Of a DNA stretch of 41,277 nt, positions 22,601-36,442 are shown in pieces. The position numbers were made by a program, and so were the translations under genes. Each line of letters opens with the position of its first letter. Position 1 is the first letter of the stretch. Below the pieces are notes generated by a model. It was given only the letters and a program-made list of their open reading frames with translations. It was not told where the DNA came from and did not search any database. Location of the stretch: assembly GCA_002269645.1 (NCBI GenBank), contig NIVC01003346.1, positions 1 to 41,277 on the forward strand. The letters run 5' to 3'. The stretch comes from Macrostomum lignano. Lineage: Eukaryota.

Positions 22601-22706
22601 CAGCCTGATCTGGTCTCGCCAGCAGGCCTCTCTAACAGTGATGAAGCCAATTAACTGCTTCACCCAGCTGCTTATATTGCACTACAATCATATTTTTGTT
22701 CGATAA
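12401..22706 (+). CDS. ARHGAP1: Rho GTPase-activating protein, ARHGAP1/ARHGAP8 family (BCH/CRAL-TRIO + RhoGAP), 9 exons
   Basis: join(12401-12410,12499-12660,15547-15710,17990-18303,18889-18990,20258-20398,20967-21118,21746-21981,22539-22706); all introns GT-AG with consistent phases. Motifs: [43 protein letters not shown] (arginine finger), [30 protein letters not shown]. Confidence 0.93.
12499..12660 (+). CDS. ARHGAP1: RhoGAP exon 2 (acidic region)
   Basis: GCAG|GA...GAGG|GTGAGC; encodes [13 protein letters not shown]...ELTENE. Confidence 0.8.
12683..13960. repeat. Head-to-head (GTCT)n/(GACA)n compound microsatellite forming an inverted repeat
   Basis: GTCT-type tract 12683-13210, GACA-type tract 13216-13875, short GTCT tail to ~13960; variant words mirror each other. 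Confidence 0.93.
14590..15110 (-). mobile_element. tRNA-derived SINE interrupted by a MITE
   Basis: Minus-strand B-box GGTTCGATTCC (plus 15055-15065); GTGTACAGCGGCCC (14595-14608) is shared with the SINE at 22289. Confidence 0.6.
14638..15020. mobile_element. ~380-bp MITE with ~70-bp imperfect TIRs
   Basis: CCAAGGACCACCGTAGTATAACAGGAGGTAAGGCTC...TTTTTGGAGGCCAATTTCCTGGAAAAA is mirrored by TTTTTCCAGGAAATTGGCCTCCAAAAA...GAGTTTTACTTCCTGTTATACTACAGTGTTCCTTAG. Confidence 0.8.
15547..15710 (+). CDS. ARHGAP1: RhoGAP exon 3
   Basis: AAACAG|AA...CAG|GTGAAG; encodes [10 protein letters not shown]...[11 protein letters not shown]. Confidence 0.85.
15770..17978. repeat. 22-bp minisatellite, ~100 copies, two unit types (RhoGAP intron 3)
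   Basis: Units CTGACACCATCCATCATCACTC and CTGACACCTGCGTGTTATCACC; period 22 checked at 16450/16472/16494. Confidence 0.98.
17990..18303 (+). CDS. ARHGAP1: RhoGAP exon 4 (BCH/CRAL-TRIO domain)
   Basis: Encodes [20 protein letters not shown]...LFKPFIS; bounded by AG and GT. Confidence 0.95.
18332..18820. repeat. 24-bp minisatellite, ~20 copies (RhoGAP intron 4)
   Basis: ATTGATTCAGTGACAGGCTTAGCT, near-perfect; produces the spurious IDSVTGLA read-through. Confidence 0.98.
18889..18990 (+). CDS. ARHGAP1: RhoGAP exon 5
   Basis: Encodes [17 protein letters not shown]...LPIPQRVRE; TTGCAG| and |GTGAGT. Confidence 0.93.
19740..20050. repeat. Degenerate tandem repeat (TTTCTAGGAAAA...TTGGAAGC)
   Basis: About 10 diverged copies in RhoGAP intron 5. 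Confidence 0.8.
20258..20398 (+). CDS. ARHGAP1: RhoGAP exon 6
   Basis: Encodes YDDSIQ...[12 protein letters not shown]; TTTCAAG| and |GTGAGT. Confidence 0.9.
20440..20790. repeat. 32-bp minisatellite (RhoGAP intron 6)
   Basis: TGTCCGAATCTGGGTGTGTCCTTGTCCGACAG, about 10 copies. Confidence 0.95.
20967..21118 (+). CDS. ARHGAP1: RhoGAP exon 7 (arginine finger)
   Basis: Encodes HIKHYNGG...VEGLFRRS...EKYNR; CCCAG| and |GTAAGA. Confidence 0.95.
21230..21615. repeat. 31-bp minisatellite (RhoGAP intron 7)
   Basis: GTCCTCAATTTGTGT(GCCT/CA)GTCACTC(AC/TC)CT(T/A), about 12 copies. Confidence 0.95.
21746..21981 (+). CDS. ARHGAP1: RhoGAP exon 8
   Basis: Encodes GEYVDF...[16 protein letters not shown]...AQFLSE; CCCAG| and |GTGAGA. 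Confidence 0.95.
22285..22480 (-). mobile_element. tRNA-derived SINE (RhoGAP intron 8)
   Basis: Minus strand: A-box GTAGCCCAGTGGT (plus 22468-22480), B-box GGCTCGATTCC (plus 22425-22435); tail motif shared with 14595-14608. Confidence 0.65.
22539..22706 (+). CDS. ARHGAP1: RhoGAP exon 9 (terminal)
   Basis: Encodes [25 protein letters not shown]...HIFVR, stop TAA at 22704-22706. Confidence 0.95.
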   Translation: MADNSTRNKMTALNLGIVFGPSLIWSRQQASLTVMKPINCFTQLLILHYNHIFVR

Positions 22707-23044
22707 ACAAAACGCACAGTTGCATTGGGTTGCGAATCTCTGCTGATATTTTGTTTCTGGTGTCAGATACGTCTGGTATTACGTTAAAAATGTCTCAATT
22801 CGATAATAGCTAGCTATAGCTACTAAATTCGATAATGGTTTAAGTAGGTTAAAACGAGTATAGTCATTATTATTTATGTTGTCCAGAATTTTTTGAGTGC
22901 TTATAAAAATAGAATTGTCTGAAAATTTTGATTCAGTAGTACAGTACGAGTTTTTTGCTATTTTGATATAAATCAGTTTTCTCGGTTGTTGGGTAAGTAT
23001 TAAAAAGTGGTGTTTTTTATCGCAATCAGGCTGCTCACTGACGC

Positions 23045-23690
23045 TATTTGACTGCTCACGATTCAGGTTACAGTTAAGGTTTAGGAATTAGCCTTTGGAA
23101 TCGTGTTTAGGGTAGGTTTAGGTTAGATTTTGGTTTAGATTAGGGTTAGTTAGGTCTTAGGTTAGGGGTTTAGATTGGGAATATTGGGTTATGGTTTAGT
23201 AATTAGGGTTTAGAATAGCGTTTTAGGTTAGTTTTAGTTTCAGGTTAGGTTTGTTTAGGGCTAGGTTTTATGTTTTAGGTTAGGGTATTTTAAAGTTGGA
23301 GTTTAGGTTAGGGTAGTTTTTAAAGTTGGAGTTTAGGTTAGGGTATTTTAAAGTTGGAGTTTAGGTTAGGGTAGTTTAAAGTTGGAGTTTAGGTTAGGGT
23401 AGTTTAAAGTTGGAGTTTAGGTTAGGGTAGTTTAAAGTTGGAGTTTAGGTTAGGGTAGTTTAAGGTTAGAGTTTAGGTTAGGGTAGTTTAAAGTTGGAGT
23501 TTAGGTTAGGGTAGTTTAAAGTTGGAGTTTAGGTTAAGGTAGTTTAAAGTTAGAGTTTAGGTTAGGGTAGTTTAAAGTTGGAGTTTAGGTTAGGGTAGTT
23601 TAAAGTTGGAGTTTAGGTTAGGGTAGTTTAGGGTTAGAGTTAAGTTTAGGGTTAGGTTCGGCAGTCAATTAGTGGCACTCAATCGTCGTA
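23045..23690 (+). mobile_element. Second copy of the TTAGGG-carrying element with an internal 28-bp minisatellite
   Basis: Left TTTGACTGC and right CGGCAGTCAATTAGTGGCA as at 8764-9068; internal GGAGTTTAGGTTAGGGTAGTTTAAAGTT about 12 times (23280-23640). Confidence 0.65.
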
Positions 23691-24627
23691 GACTGGGCAC
23701 TTATGTTATTATCTGTCTGTCTTTCTCTGTGCGATGCATATATTGATATAAAATTGATTATTATTGATCCACTATTGAAACGGTCCTGTGTGTTTTTATT
23801 TATTGCTTCATCGCTTTAACATTTATGGTATTTTTGTTTTAATTTTCCACGCTGACGCGTGCACACATTCCTCAGCTAATTTTACTAGTTATATACGCCT
23901 AGTGTACTACTGCCTACTACTACTTTTTCTAGTAGTATCAGCTGGAGTAGTTTATTTAATAAAAAAATCAATTTGAAATTCAATCTGTTTTATCTGCCCC
24001 CCTCTTGGCTGTTTTTAATAATTGTTGTTTCTTTTGTTTATCTTCTTTGTCTTTGTTAACGCAAATCTGCATATGGGAAGGGGCATTTTAGAAGCCATGA
24101 GTATGAGATTGCAGATATTTGAATTTTTAGATGTATTTTATTTTAGGATCTATTACTGTAAGTAGGATATTATAAAGTAATACAATGGCTGTGCTGTTGA
24201 GTATTGTAAGGCTTTGTTGTCTTGAAGAGAATTTGTTTTCTTTTTAACCTTGCTCTTGATAAACATCAAATATTTATTATGTTTGGAATTTGTAAATCTA
24301 TAATAATCAGACGGTTATTCGTCTCATTTCTTTTGTTCGCCGCAATATCTCAATTTTATATATTCGTACACATCATATTTACTTGCCGTTTCTGAGATAA
24401 CTATTCATCAGCGAATTGCTAATAAAGTGTGATGCTGGGACAGTGCGGTCTATTGGTGATATTGTTATATAAATAAATTGTATTCATTATATAATTAGAT
24501 GCTGTGTTATTGAAGCCTGCTGGTATGTTTTAAAGATTTTGGTGTTCTACTTTGTTGATTTTTTACTCGCTAATGAAATTTGGCGGGTGAGATTTCCACT
24601 TGTTGGGGCAGGGTTCGCTGGTGAGAT

Positions 24628-25316
24628 TTTCAATAGGGTGAGATTCCACTGATGAGAGTTCTAATAGGGTGAGATTTCACTGATGAAGGTTCCAATAGGG
24701 TGAGATTCCACTGATGAGAGTTCTAATAGGGTGAGATTCCACTGATGAAGGTTCCAATAGGGTGAGATTCCACTAATGAGAGTTCTAATAGGGTGAGATT
24801 CCACTGATGAGAGTCCCAATGAGGTGAGATTCCACTGATGAGAGTTCCAATAAGGTGAGATTCTACTGATGAGAGTTCCGATAGGGTGAGATTCCACTGA
24901 TAAGAGTTCCAATAGGGTGAGATTTCACTGATGAGAGTTTCAATGAGGTGAGATTCCACTGATGAGAGTTTCAATAAGGTGAGATTCTACTGATGAGAGT
25001 TCCGATAGGGTGAGATTCCACTGATAAGAGTTCCAATAGGGTGAGATTTCACTGATGAGAGTTTCAATAAGGTGAGATTCTACTGATGAGAGTTCCGATA
25101 GGGTGAGATTCCACTGATAAGAGTTCCAATAGGGTGAGATTTCACTGATGAGAGTTTCAATGAGGTGAGATTCCACTGATGAGAGTTTCAATAGGGTGAG
25201 ATTCCAATGATGAGAGTTCTAATAGGGTGAGATTCCACTGATGAGAGTTCCGATAGGGTGAGATTCCACAGATGAAAGTTCCAATGAGGTGAGATTCTAC
25301 TGATGAGAGTTTCGAT
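24628..25316. repeat. 31-bp minisatellite, left part (~22 copies)
   Basis: GGGTGAGATTCCACTGATGAGAGTTCCAATA. Confidence 0.97.
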
Positions 25317-25322
25317 AACCCC

Positions 25323-27028
<1,706 letters not shown>

Positions 27029-27205
27029 TTCCACTGATGAGAGTTCCAATGAGTTGAGATTCCACTGATGAGAGTTCCAATAGGGTGAGATTCCACTGAT
27101 AAGAGTTCCTAATGAGAGTCCCAGTAGGGTAAGATTACTCAGATGAGAGTCCTAATAGGGTGAGATTCCACTAGTGAGAGTTTCAGTAGGGTGAGATTCG
27201 AGGAG
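27029..27205. repeat. 31-bp minisatellite, right part
   Basis: Same unit as 24628-25316, about 5 copies. Confidence 0.93.
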
Positions 27206-27834
27206 TTCCAATGGGATAAGCGGGATTCATTTCAGTTCAAAGGCAATCATTTAAATTTGCCGCTCTAAACGTGTGTTGTTTATTTCCATGAAATCCGGAG
27301 TGCTTTCGTTAGCGAAATTAGTCACCGGGTGCGCGCCGCCTACGGCAATGCTGTTAATCAGCACAAAAATTGGAATTCGTTGTAAATTGAAAGGCAATTT
27401 CAATAATTGCAGGCAAAAAATGCTCTTAAAATAATTCTATTTTTTAATCTACTTACCTGAGAGAGATGGATAAATTGATTTTGGTACGAACAATGATTGT
27501 TATTCATCTTCTGCTTACCTGTTGCACCGTCATTCAATCTTCATCTCTGCTTTGAAGGATGTCAATGCAGGTAGATAAAAAATCTGCCCCTGAGCCACAA
27601 AAAACCGACTGTAAATAAATGAAATGAATAAAATTGCATGTGACAGGCAGGCTGCATGAGTCGCCTTGAGTACAGCTTGAATCTTTGGTCTTTGATCTTC
27701 TAAGTTCCATATTTCCTTCCCCTGTGAAAACATAATATGTGCTCTGCTCTCTCTGTGATTGCTTCAAGTCCTGCAATAATACGGATATTGTACAACATCT
27801 GCGCTGTGCACCCTGGAATTGGTGTTGTGTCAGC

Positions 27835-28790
27835 TTATTAGGAAGCTAGGGAGTCTCGCCTTGCTAGTTATTATGGAGGCCAGGGAGTCTCGCCTTGCTA
27901 ATTATCATGGAGGCGAGGGAATCTCGCCTTGCTTGCTAATTATTATGGAGGCCAGGGAATCTCGCCTTGCTAGCTAATTATTATGGAGGCCAGGGAATCT
28001 CGCCTTGCTTGCTAATTATTATGGAGGCCAGGGAATCTCGCCTTGCTTGCTAATTATTATGGAGGCCAGGGAATCTCGCCTTGCTTGCTAATTATTATGG
28101 AGGCCAGGGAGTCTCGCCTTGCTAATTATTATGGAGGCCAGGGAGTCTCGCCTTGCTAGTTATTATGGAGGCCAGGGAATCTCGCCTTGCTAGTTATTAT
28201 GGAGGCCAGGGAGTCTCGCCTTGCTAGTTATTATGGAGGCCAGGGAGTCTCGCCTTGCTAGTTATTATGGAGGCCAGGGAGTCTCGCCTTGCTAGTTATT
28301 ATGGAGGCCAGGGAGTCTCGCCTTGCTAGTTATTATGGAGGCCAGGGAATCTCGCCTTGCTTGCTAATTATTATGGAGGCCAGGGAATCTCGCCTTGCTT
28401 GCTAATTATTATGGAGGCCAGGGAATCTCGCCTTGCTTGCTAATTATTATGGAGGCCAGGGAATCTCGCCTTGCTTGCTAATTATTATGGAGGCCAGGGA
28501 ATCTCGCCTTGCTTGCTAATTATTATGGAGGCCAGGGAGTCTCGCCTTGCTAATTATTATGGAGGCCAGGGAGTCTCGCCTTGCTAGTTATTATGGAGGC
28601 CAGGGAATCTCGCCTTGCTAGTTATTATGGAGGCCAGGGAGTCTCGCCTTGCTAGTTATTATGGAGGCCAGGGAATCTCGCCTTGCTTGCTAATTATTAT
28701 GGAGGCCAGGGAATCTCGCCTTGCTTGCTAATTATTATGGAGGCCAGGGAATCTCGCCTTGCTAGCTATTATGGAGGCCAGGGAATCTCA
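27835..28790. repeat. 34/38-bp minisatellite, ~26 copies
   Basis: TTATTATGGAGGCCAGGGA(G/A)TCTCGCCTTGC(TTGC)TA(G/A). Confidence 0.97.
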
Positions 28791-29191
28791 TCGTTTTGAG
28801 GTGGCAGCGAGGAAATCTCAGCTTGCCTTGAAAGCGAAAAATTTCTTACTCTGTACCCCCGTAGGTGTTTTTAGTTTGTATCAGTATCAACAAATAATTT
28901 TTATTCATCAGCTTTTTGACGCAGCTGTGTCTCAATTGCTACTTCTGTTCTGAGATAAGAGATGCCTTTACACTTAGCCGGCTTTAATTTGGATTCAATA
29001 TATTTTCCTCATCAAAAGAAATAAAGCAGCTGCAACAAGGCATATTTTAAATGGATTTCCGAGCCGCGTCTCCGCGTGACAGCCTGAATTCAATCGAATA
29101 GAATATTCAGCTAGAAATTTGAATTTGAATTCAATTCCATCTGCTGTCTTTTGATTTGCTGCTGCTATTTCAGGTAGCCCTAGTTAGAGTA

Positions 29192-30970
29192 TTATGGCCA
29201 CAGGAGGGGAATTGCTCAGAATATGGTCACAGAGCTTGAGGGGAATTGCTCAGAATATAGTCACAGAGCTTGAGGGGAATTGCTCAGAATATGGCCACAG
29301 AGCTTGAGGGGAATTGCTCAGAATATGGCCACAGAGCTTGAGGGGAATCGCTCAGAATATGGCCACAGAGCTTGAGGGGAATTGCTCAGAATATGGTCAC
29401 AGAGCTTGAGGGGAATTGCTCAGAATATGGACACAGAGCTTGAGGGGAATCGCTCAGAATATGGTCACAGAGCTTGAGGGGAATTGCTCAGAATATGGCC
29501 ACAGAGCTTGAGGGGAATTGCTCAGAATATGGACACAGAGCTTGAGGGGAATTGCTCAGAATATGGTCACAGAGCTTGAGGGGAATTGCTCAGAATATGG
29601 CCACAGAGCTTGAGGGGAATGGCTCAGAATATGGCCACAGAGCTTGAGGGGAATCGCTCAGAATATGGCCACAGAGCTTGAGGGGAATTGCTCAGAATAT
29701 GGTCACAGGAGGGGAATTGCTCAGAATATGGCCACAGAGCTTGAGGGGAATTGCTCAGAATATGGCCACAGGAGGGGAATGGCTCAGAATATGGTCACAG
29801 GAGGGGAATTGCTCAGAATATGGTCACAGAGCTTGAGGGGAATTGCTCAGAATATGGCCACAGGAGGGGAATGGCTCAGAATATGATCACAGAGCTTGAG
29901 GGGAATTGCTCAGAATATGGTCACAGAGCTTGAGGGGAATTGCTCAGAATATGGTCACAGAGCTTGAGGGGAATGGCTCAGAATATGGCCACAGAGCTCG
30001 AGGGGAATGGCTCAGAATATGGCCACAGAGCTTGAGGGGAATTGCTCAGAATATGGTCACAGAGCTTGAGGGGAATTGCTCAGAATATGGCCACAGAGCT
30101 TGAGGGGAATTGCTCAGAATATGGTCACAGAGCTTGAGGGGAATTGCTCAGAATATGGCCACAGAGCTTGAGGGGAATTGCTCAGAATATGGCCACAGAG
30201 CTTGAGGGGAATCGCTCAGAATATGGCCACAGAGCTTGAGGGGAATTGCTCAGAATATGGTCACAGAGCTTGAGGGGAATGGCTCAGAATATGGACACAG
30301 AGCTTGATGGGAATTGCTCAGAATATGGTCACAGAGCTTGAGGGGAATGGCTCAGAATATGGCCACAGAGCTTGAGGGGAATTGCTCAGAATATGGTCAC
30401 AGAGCTTGAGGGGAATGGCTCAGAATATGGTCACAGAGGTTGAGGGGAATTGCTCAGAATATGGCCACAGAGCTTGAGGGGAATGGCTCAGAATATGAAC
30501 ACAGAGCTTGAGGGGAATGGCTCAGAATATGGACACAGAGCTTGAGGGGAATGGCTCAGAATATGGCCACAGAGCTTGAGGGGAATGGCTCAGAATATGA
30601 ACACAGAGCTTGAGGGGAATGGCTCAGAATATGGACACAGAGCTTGAGGGGAATTGCTCAGAATATGGTCACAGAGCTTGAGGGGAATGGCTCAGAATAT
30701 GGCCACAGAGCTTGAGGGGAATGGCTCAGAATATGGTCACAGAGCTTGAGGGGAATTGCTCAGAATATGGTCACAGAGCTTGAGGGGAATGGCTCAGAAT
30801 ATGGTCACAGAGGTTGAGGGGAATTGCTCAGAATATGGCCACAGAGCTTGAGGGGAATGGCTCAGAATATGAACACAGAGCTTGAGGGGAATGGCTCAGA
30901 ATATGAACACAGAGCTTGAGGGGAATGGCTCAGAATATGGCCACAGAGCTTGAGGGGAATTGCTTGAGGG
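29192..30970. repeat. 34-bp minisatellite, ~50 copies
   Basis: GAGGGGAATTGCTCAGAATATGGTCACAGAGCTT, with some shorter deletion units. Confidence 0.98.
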
Positions 30971-31466
30971 GAAGTAATACGGGAACAGATCCCCACACGG
31001 GCTATACTCGTATTAAAATATGGTCTCAGCTGGGACCTTCCAAACTGTTAATAAAAAATTCAAACCATCAAGTCACAGCCGCCGCCCTTTGGCACAAATT
31101 TTTAGGGCCGATACTTTTCTTCTCCAAAACATCGGTTCGGCCTTCGAGTTGCTCAAACCGTTTTGTCGAAAATGAAGGCGATATTGCAGATTCTGAGGCT
31201 GGGGTGCATATTAGATGGGGAAATATGGGCTGCAATTCCCCCTGCTGATTGATGCAGGGCTTGTGAAACCAGCCTGAGGGCTCGCTTTATAGCCAAGTTA
31301 TATTGCATGAGGTGCTGGTTCGCGAAACTGAAGCGGTTCTATCAGCTAGTTTACTAATGTACTTTAAGCTAAGTTATTGATTTGATTATTGCAGGTACTT
31401 GCTTGACTTCTTACATCAGGATTTTAATTAAGTTCTTACGTGTTTGACTACCTGGGTATTAAAAAG

Positions 31467-32385
31467 TGTGAGTAGCTGAGTGGTGCATTGCCTGAGTAGC
31501 TGAGTGGTATAATGCCTGAGTAGCTGAGTGGTATAATGCCTGAGTAGCTGAGTGGTATAATGCCTGAGTAGCTGAGTGGTGCATTGCCTGAATAGCTGAT
31601 TGGTATAGTGCCTGAGTAGCTGAATGGTATAGTGCCTGAGTAGCTGAGTGGTATAATGCCTGAGTAGCTGAGTGGTATAGTGCCTGAGTAGCTGAGTGGT
31701 ATAATGCCTGAGTAGCTGATTGGTATAGTGCCTGAGTAGCTGAATGGTATAGTGCCTGAGTAGCTGAGTGGTATAGTGCCTGAGTAGCTGAGTGGTATAG
31801 TGCCTGAGTAGCTGAATGGTATAATGCCTGAGTTGCTGAGTGGTATAGTGCCTGAGTAGCTGAGTGGTATAATGCCTGAGTAGCTGAGTGGTATAGTGCC
31901 TGAGTAGCTGAATGGTATAGTGCCTGAGTAGCTGATTGGTATAGTGCCTGAGTAGCTGAGTGGTATAGTGCCTGAGTAGCTGAGTGGTATAGTGCCTGAG
32001 TAGCTGAGTGGTATAGTGCCTGAGTAGCTGAATGGTATAGTGCCTGAGTAGCCGATTGGTATAGTGCCTGAGTAGCTGAGTGGTATAGTGCCTGAGTAGC
32101 TGAGTGGTATAATGCCTGAGTAGCTGAGTGGTATAGTGCCTGAGTAGCTGAGTGGTATAATGCCTGAGTAGCTGAGTGGTATATTGCCTGAGTAGCTGAA
32201 TGGTATAATGCCTGAGTTGCTGAGTGGTATAGTGCCTGAGTAGCTGAATGGTATAGTGCCTGAGTAGCTGAATGGTATAGTGCCTGAGTAGCTGAATGGT
32301 ATATTGCCTGAGTAGCTGAATGGTATAGTGCCTGAGTAGCTGAATGGTATAGTGCCTGAGTAGCTGAATGGTATAGTGCCAGAGT
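31467..32385. repeat. 24-bp minisatellite, ~38 copies
   Basis: GCCTGAGTAGCTGAGTGGTATAGT; produces the spurious SYSGTIPL ORF on the minus strand. Confidence 0.98.
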
Positions 32386-32817
32386 AATGTGGGTAAATGC
32401 GAGTATTTATCAATTGTTTCTAAGCCGCTGAGAACAATATGCTTCTTAAGTACTTCATTGGGAGCACGTGATTAATTTATTATCTGATTACCAGAGTAAT
32501 TACCCATCAGAGCACCTGACACACACGATAACCCGAGAACAGAGAACAATTTTGAGTCATAAATGCTCCCAAACACGTGGAAAACTGGGAATTTCATGTT
32601 TAATTTTTTGTCTGAGAGCTGCCCTCCGGGAATCGGCTGCACTCGGATAATTAGAATTTCATCCATCTCTTTGATAAAACAACTTGCGACGGTTTTTCCT
32701 CGGATCTGTCTTAATTTTCAGTCGATTCGTTCACTCTGTGGGGTTGGATGGCCCGAACCCAGGCCCAGAAACAGAAATAACAGGCGCCCCCCAATTCCCC
32801 ATTTTCAGACATGATTA

Positions 32818-34160
32818 CAAGGGCTATCCCAAAAGTAAGTTTCGCTATTGTATAAAATTTATTAATAGCATCTTGAACAGGAGACACTAGCCATTTACTA
32901 ACCTATAGTCTATGGTAAAGAAGAATGACAAGTTTCAGAGTGCTGTCATGCTCACAAGCTGCAGAGCATCCCTTAAATCAAATAGACTTTGCAAAGATGG
33001 CCGCGTCAGCTTCGTTCACTCGGTTTGACGTTCGGAACATCATCAAGTTTGGAGTTTTGGCTGGAAAATCGGCAACTGCAATTCATGAAGAGCTTGGAGA
33101 CGTTTTGAGAGAGGAAGCTCCATCAATTCAGACAGTGCGCAAGTGGGTTCGTGAGGTCCAGGGAGGGAGGCTGTGCATGGAAGATGAAGAGCGCTCCGGA
33201 AGGCCGAGAACAGCAACAACCGACGCAAATGCCGAGCGTGTGAAGGATGCCGTGACAGAGGACAGCAGGCTCACTTGCGCTGAGCTCGAGGAACTTCTAG
33301 ACATTCCCCACAGCACGGTGCATCGCATTCTAACTGAGAACTTGGGCATGCAGAAGATCTTCGCCAAATGGGTGCCCCACCTGCTGACAGAAGAGCAGAT
33401 GGAGGAGCTGGTGAGGCTGTCCAGAGAGCACCTTCGTCGATTTCATCGAGAAGGCAACGACTTCCTCAGCAGGATTGTGACAGGAGATGAGACTTGGGTC
33501 TACGAATGGGATCCTGAGCTGAAGCGCCAGTCAGCACAGTGGCTTCCAAGGGGATCAGCAAGCCCAGAGAAGGTGCAGCGCAAGCAGAGTTCAATGAAGG
33601 TGATGCACATCATCTTCTTCGACGTCCATGGCATTCTGGTGGACTGGCCTGTGCCAGTCGGTACCAAGGTGAACGCCGAATATTACAAATGGATTCTGCA
33701 GGAGAAACTGCGACCGGCGATCAGAAAGAAGCGACCTGGCTTGCTGGAGAGAGGCGTCATCTTTCATCAGGACAATGCGCCTGTGCACCGCGCCAGAAGA
33801 GTGGAAGAGCTTCCTGGAGTCCTGGGACTGGGAAGTTCTGCCTCAGCCGCGCTATTCGCCTGACTTGGCTCCGGCGGACTTCTACGTTTTCCCAAGGATG
33901 AAGAAGAGTCTTCGTGGTCAACGTTTTGCCTCGGTGGAACAGATTAATAACAGTGCTTCATCAGCTCTCCGGCATCTGGCCATCGGCGGTTGCAGCCCTG
34001 CCTTTGAGGCGTGGGTGCGCCGCTGGCAGAAGTGCGTTGACCTCGGCGGCAAATTTGTAGAGTTCTATGAGTTCATTTTGCAGTTGCAAAGTTTTGTTGA
34101 TTGTTAGATCACTAGTTTGTCTTTTATAGCATAGCGAACTTACTTTTGGGATAGCCCTCG
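32818..34160 (+). mobile_element. Full-length mariner (Tc1/mariner, DD34D) transposon, 1343 bp
   Basis: TA|CAAGGGCTATCCCAAAAGTAAGTTTCGCTAT ... ATAGCGAACTTACTTTTGGGATAGCCCTCG|TA: TA target duplication and ~30-bp TIRs. Confidence 0.96.
32997..34107 (+). pseudogene. Mariner transposase with a single +1 frameshift near 33810
   Basis: MAASASF...WVPHLL...TGDETW...HQDNAPVH, then YSPDLAPADF in another frame. Removing one C in GAAGAG-C-TTCCTG restores the frame and the D-34-D spacing. Confidence 0.92.
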
Positions 34161-34724
34161 TAGGCTGGTTTTAAACCATTAAAACAAAAGGTTTTCAACT
34201 TTCTGATGTCTGGTTTGAAAACAGGAAAAACTGCAATCAGCCTAAATGTTGTCTGAATGTGAAGTTTACGGAGCTGTCTGGTCACCGCCCTCCACCCTTG
34301 CCCGAACTCTCTTTAGCAATTATATTTTATCTTCAGCTGGGTCGCCGGCCTTCTTGCACTGGGCAGATATGGCTGCTACGGGAAAGGAAAATTATGAATG
34401 TTAATTTCGGGCCAGCAGTTTCTGAGACTGCTTTTATTGATTGCCCAAGAGCTCTTTGCCGGGCAATTCCCCAGTTAATCCCCTCGTCCCGCCGTATCCC
34501 TCACCCAGAAACTCGCGGGACTCCGCCAGCTCCGGCAGCAATATATCTCTCTCGTATTGGAAGATTTTGGTCCAAAGCAAAAGTGCCAAATCGAGTGAGC
34601 AGTTTCAAGTGAAATATGAGAACTGAAGCAGCTTGTACCGTGCACTGCAGGGTGAGCGAGTGCAGAGTGAGAGGGATCAGAGTCCATATGAACTTTTGAA
34701 CTCATCCTTGATTTCTCATCATCA

Positions 34725-35152
34725 TCATCTCATCACTACATTCCTGAACCACCTCATCACTACATTCCTGACCCAGCCAATCACTACATTCCTGACCCAC
34801 CTCATCACTACATTCCTGACCCAGCCAATCACTACATTCCTGACCCAGCCAATCACTACATTCCTGACCCACCTCATCACTACATTCCTGATCCACCTCA
34901 TCACTACATTCCTGATCCACCTCATCACTACATTCCTGATCCACCTCATCACTACATTCCTGATCCACCTCATCACTACATTCCTGACCCACCTCATCAC
35001 TACATTCCTGATCCACCTCATCACTACATTCCTGATCCACCTCATCACTACATTCCTGACCCACCTCATCACTACATTCCTGATCCACCTCATCACTACA
35101 TTCCTGATCCACCTCATCACTACATTCCTGACCCACCTCTACATTCCTGACA
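34725..35152. repeat. 24-bp minisatellite, ~18 copies
   Basis: CCTCATCACTACATTCCTGA(T/C)CCA. Confidence 0.97.
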
Positions 35153-35627
35153 CGTAATTATCAAATCCCTGATCAAACTAGTGGTTAAATTGATGAAATT
35201 TTCATAAACTTTAATCATTGATCTTGTTTACGTTAATTCTGTCTTTTCCAAATAGACTATAAATAACATTTGAAAATCTTTCAAAGGCATTTCCAAGCCA
35301 GTTTATTACAAAATAGAAACCTTTAGAATCAGAAATGTGGTCAGAAAACAGTCTTAATCTTATTCAATTTTCATGACAGAATTGCACTTTGCACATTCGC
35401 AGGCGATCACTAAGAACTAATGTGCGTAGAAGAAGCATGTCCATTGGGACTCAGGGACGGTCTGCTCCATCAACCTATTTTCTGCCACACTGTGAGAATA
35501 TCCCTTGGGACTTTTCTCAGACTTGGCGGCAAAAGAATGATAAAAGCAGTAATTCCTCTTTAATTAATTCTCTTTTGCTCTTCATGCGGCTGCGGGCACC
35601 GATTGGCTGCGTGAGCTTTATTGGAGA

Positions 35628-36343
<716 letters not shown>

Positions 36344-36442
36344 TAAGAGAAGAGATTCAGTCCATCCTGCATTCCCAATTCCCCAGACTGATCAGTGCAC
36401 CAACAAAAAAGCCATCTCTACCGCGCCTCGGTGTCGCTATTC

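Noticed and set aside
23045-23690. True telomere or chromosome-fusion site
   Set aside because: TTAGGG units are degenerate and embedded in a dispersed element; no pure tract and no head-to-head junction.
27835-32385. CRISPR-like appearance of regular 24-38 bp repeats
   Set aside because: Units are head-to-tail with no unique spacers, there are no cas genes, and the context is eukaryotic.
31448-32413. 321-aa SYSGTIPL repeat protein on the minus strand
   Set aside because: 24-bp minisatellite that is stop-free in one frame by chance; no flanking coding sequence.
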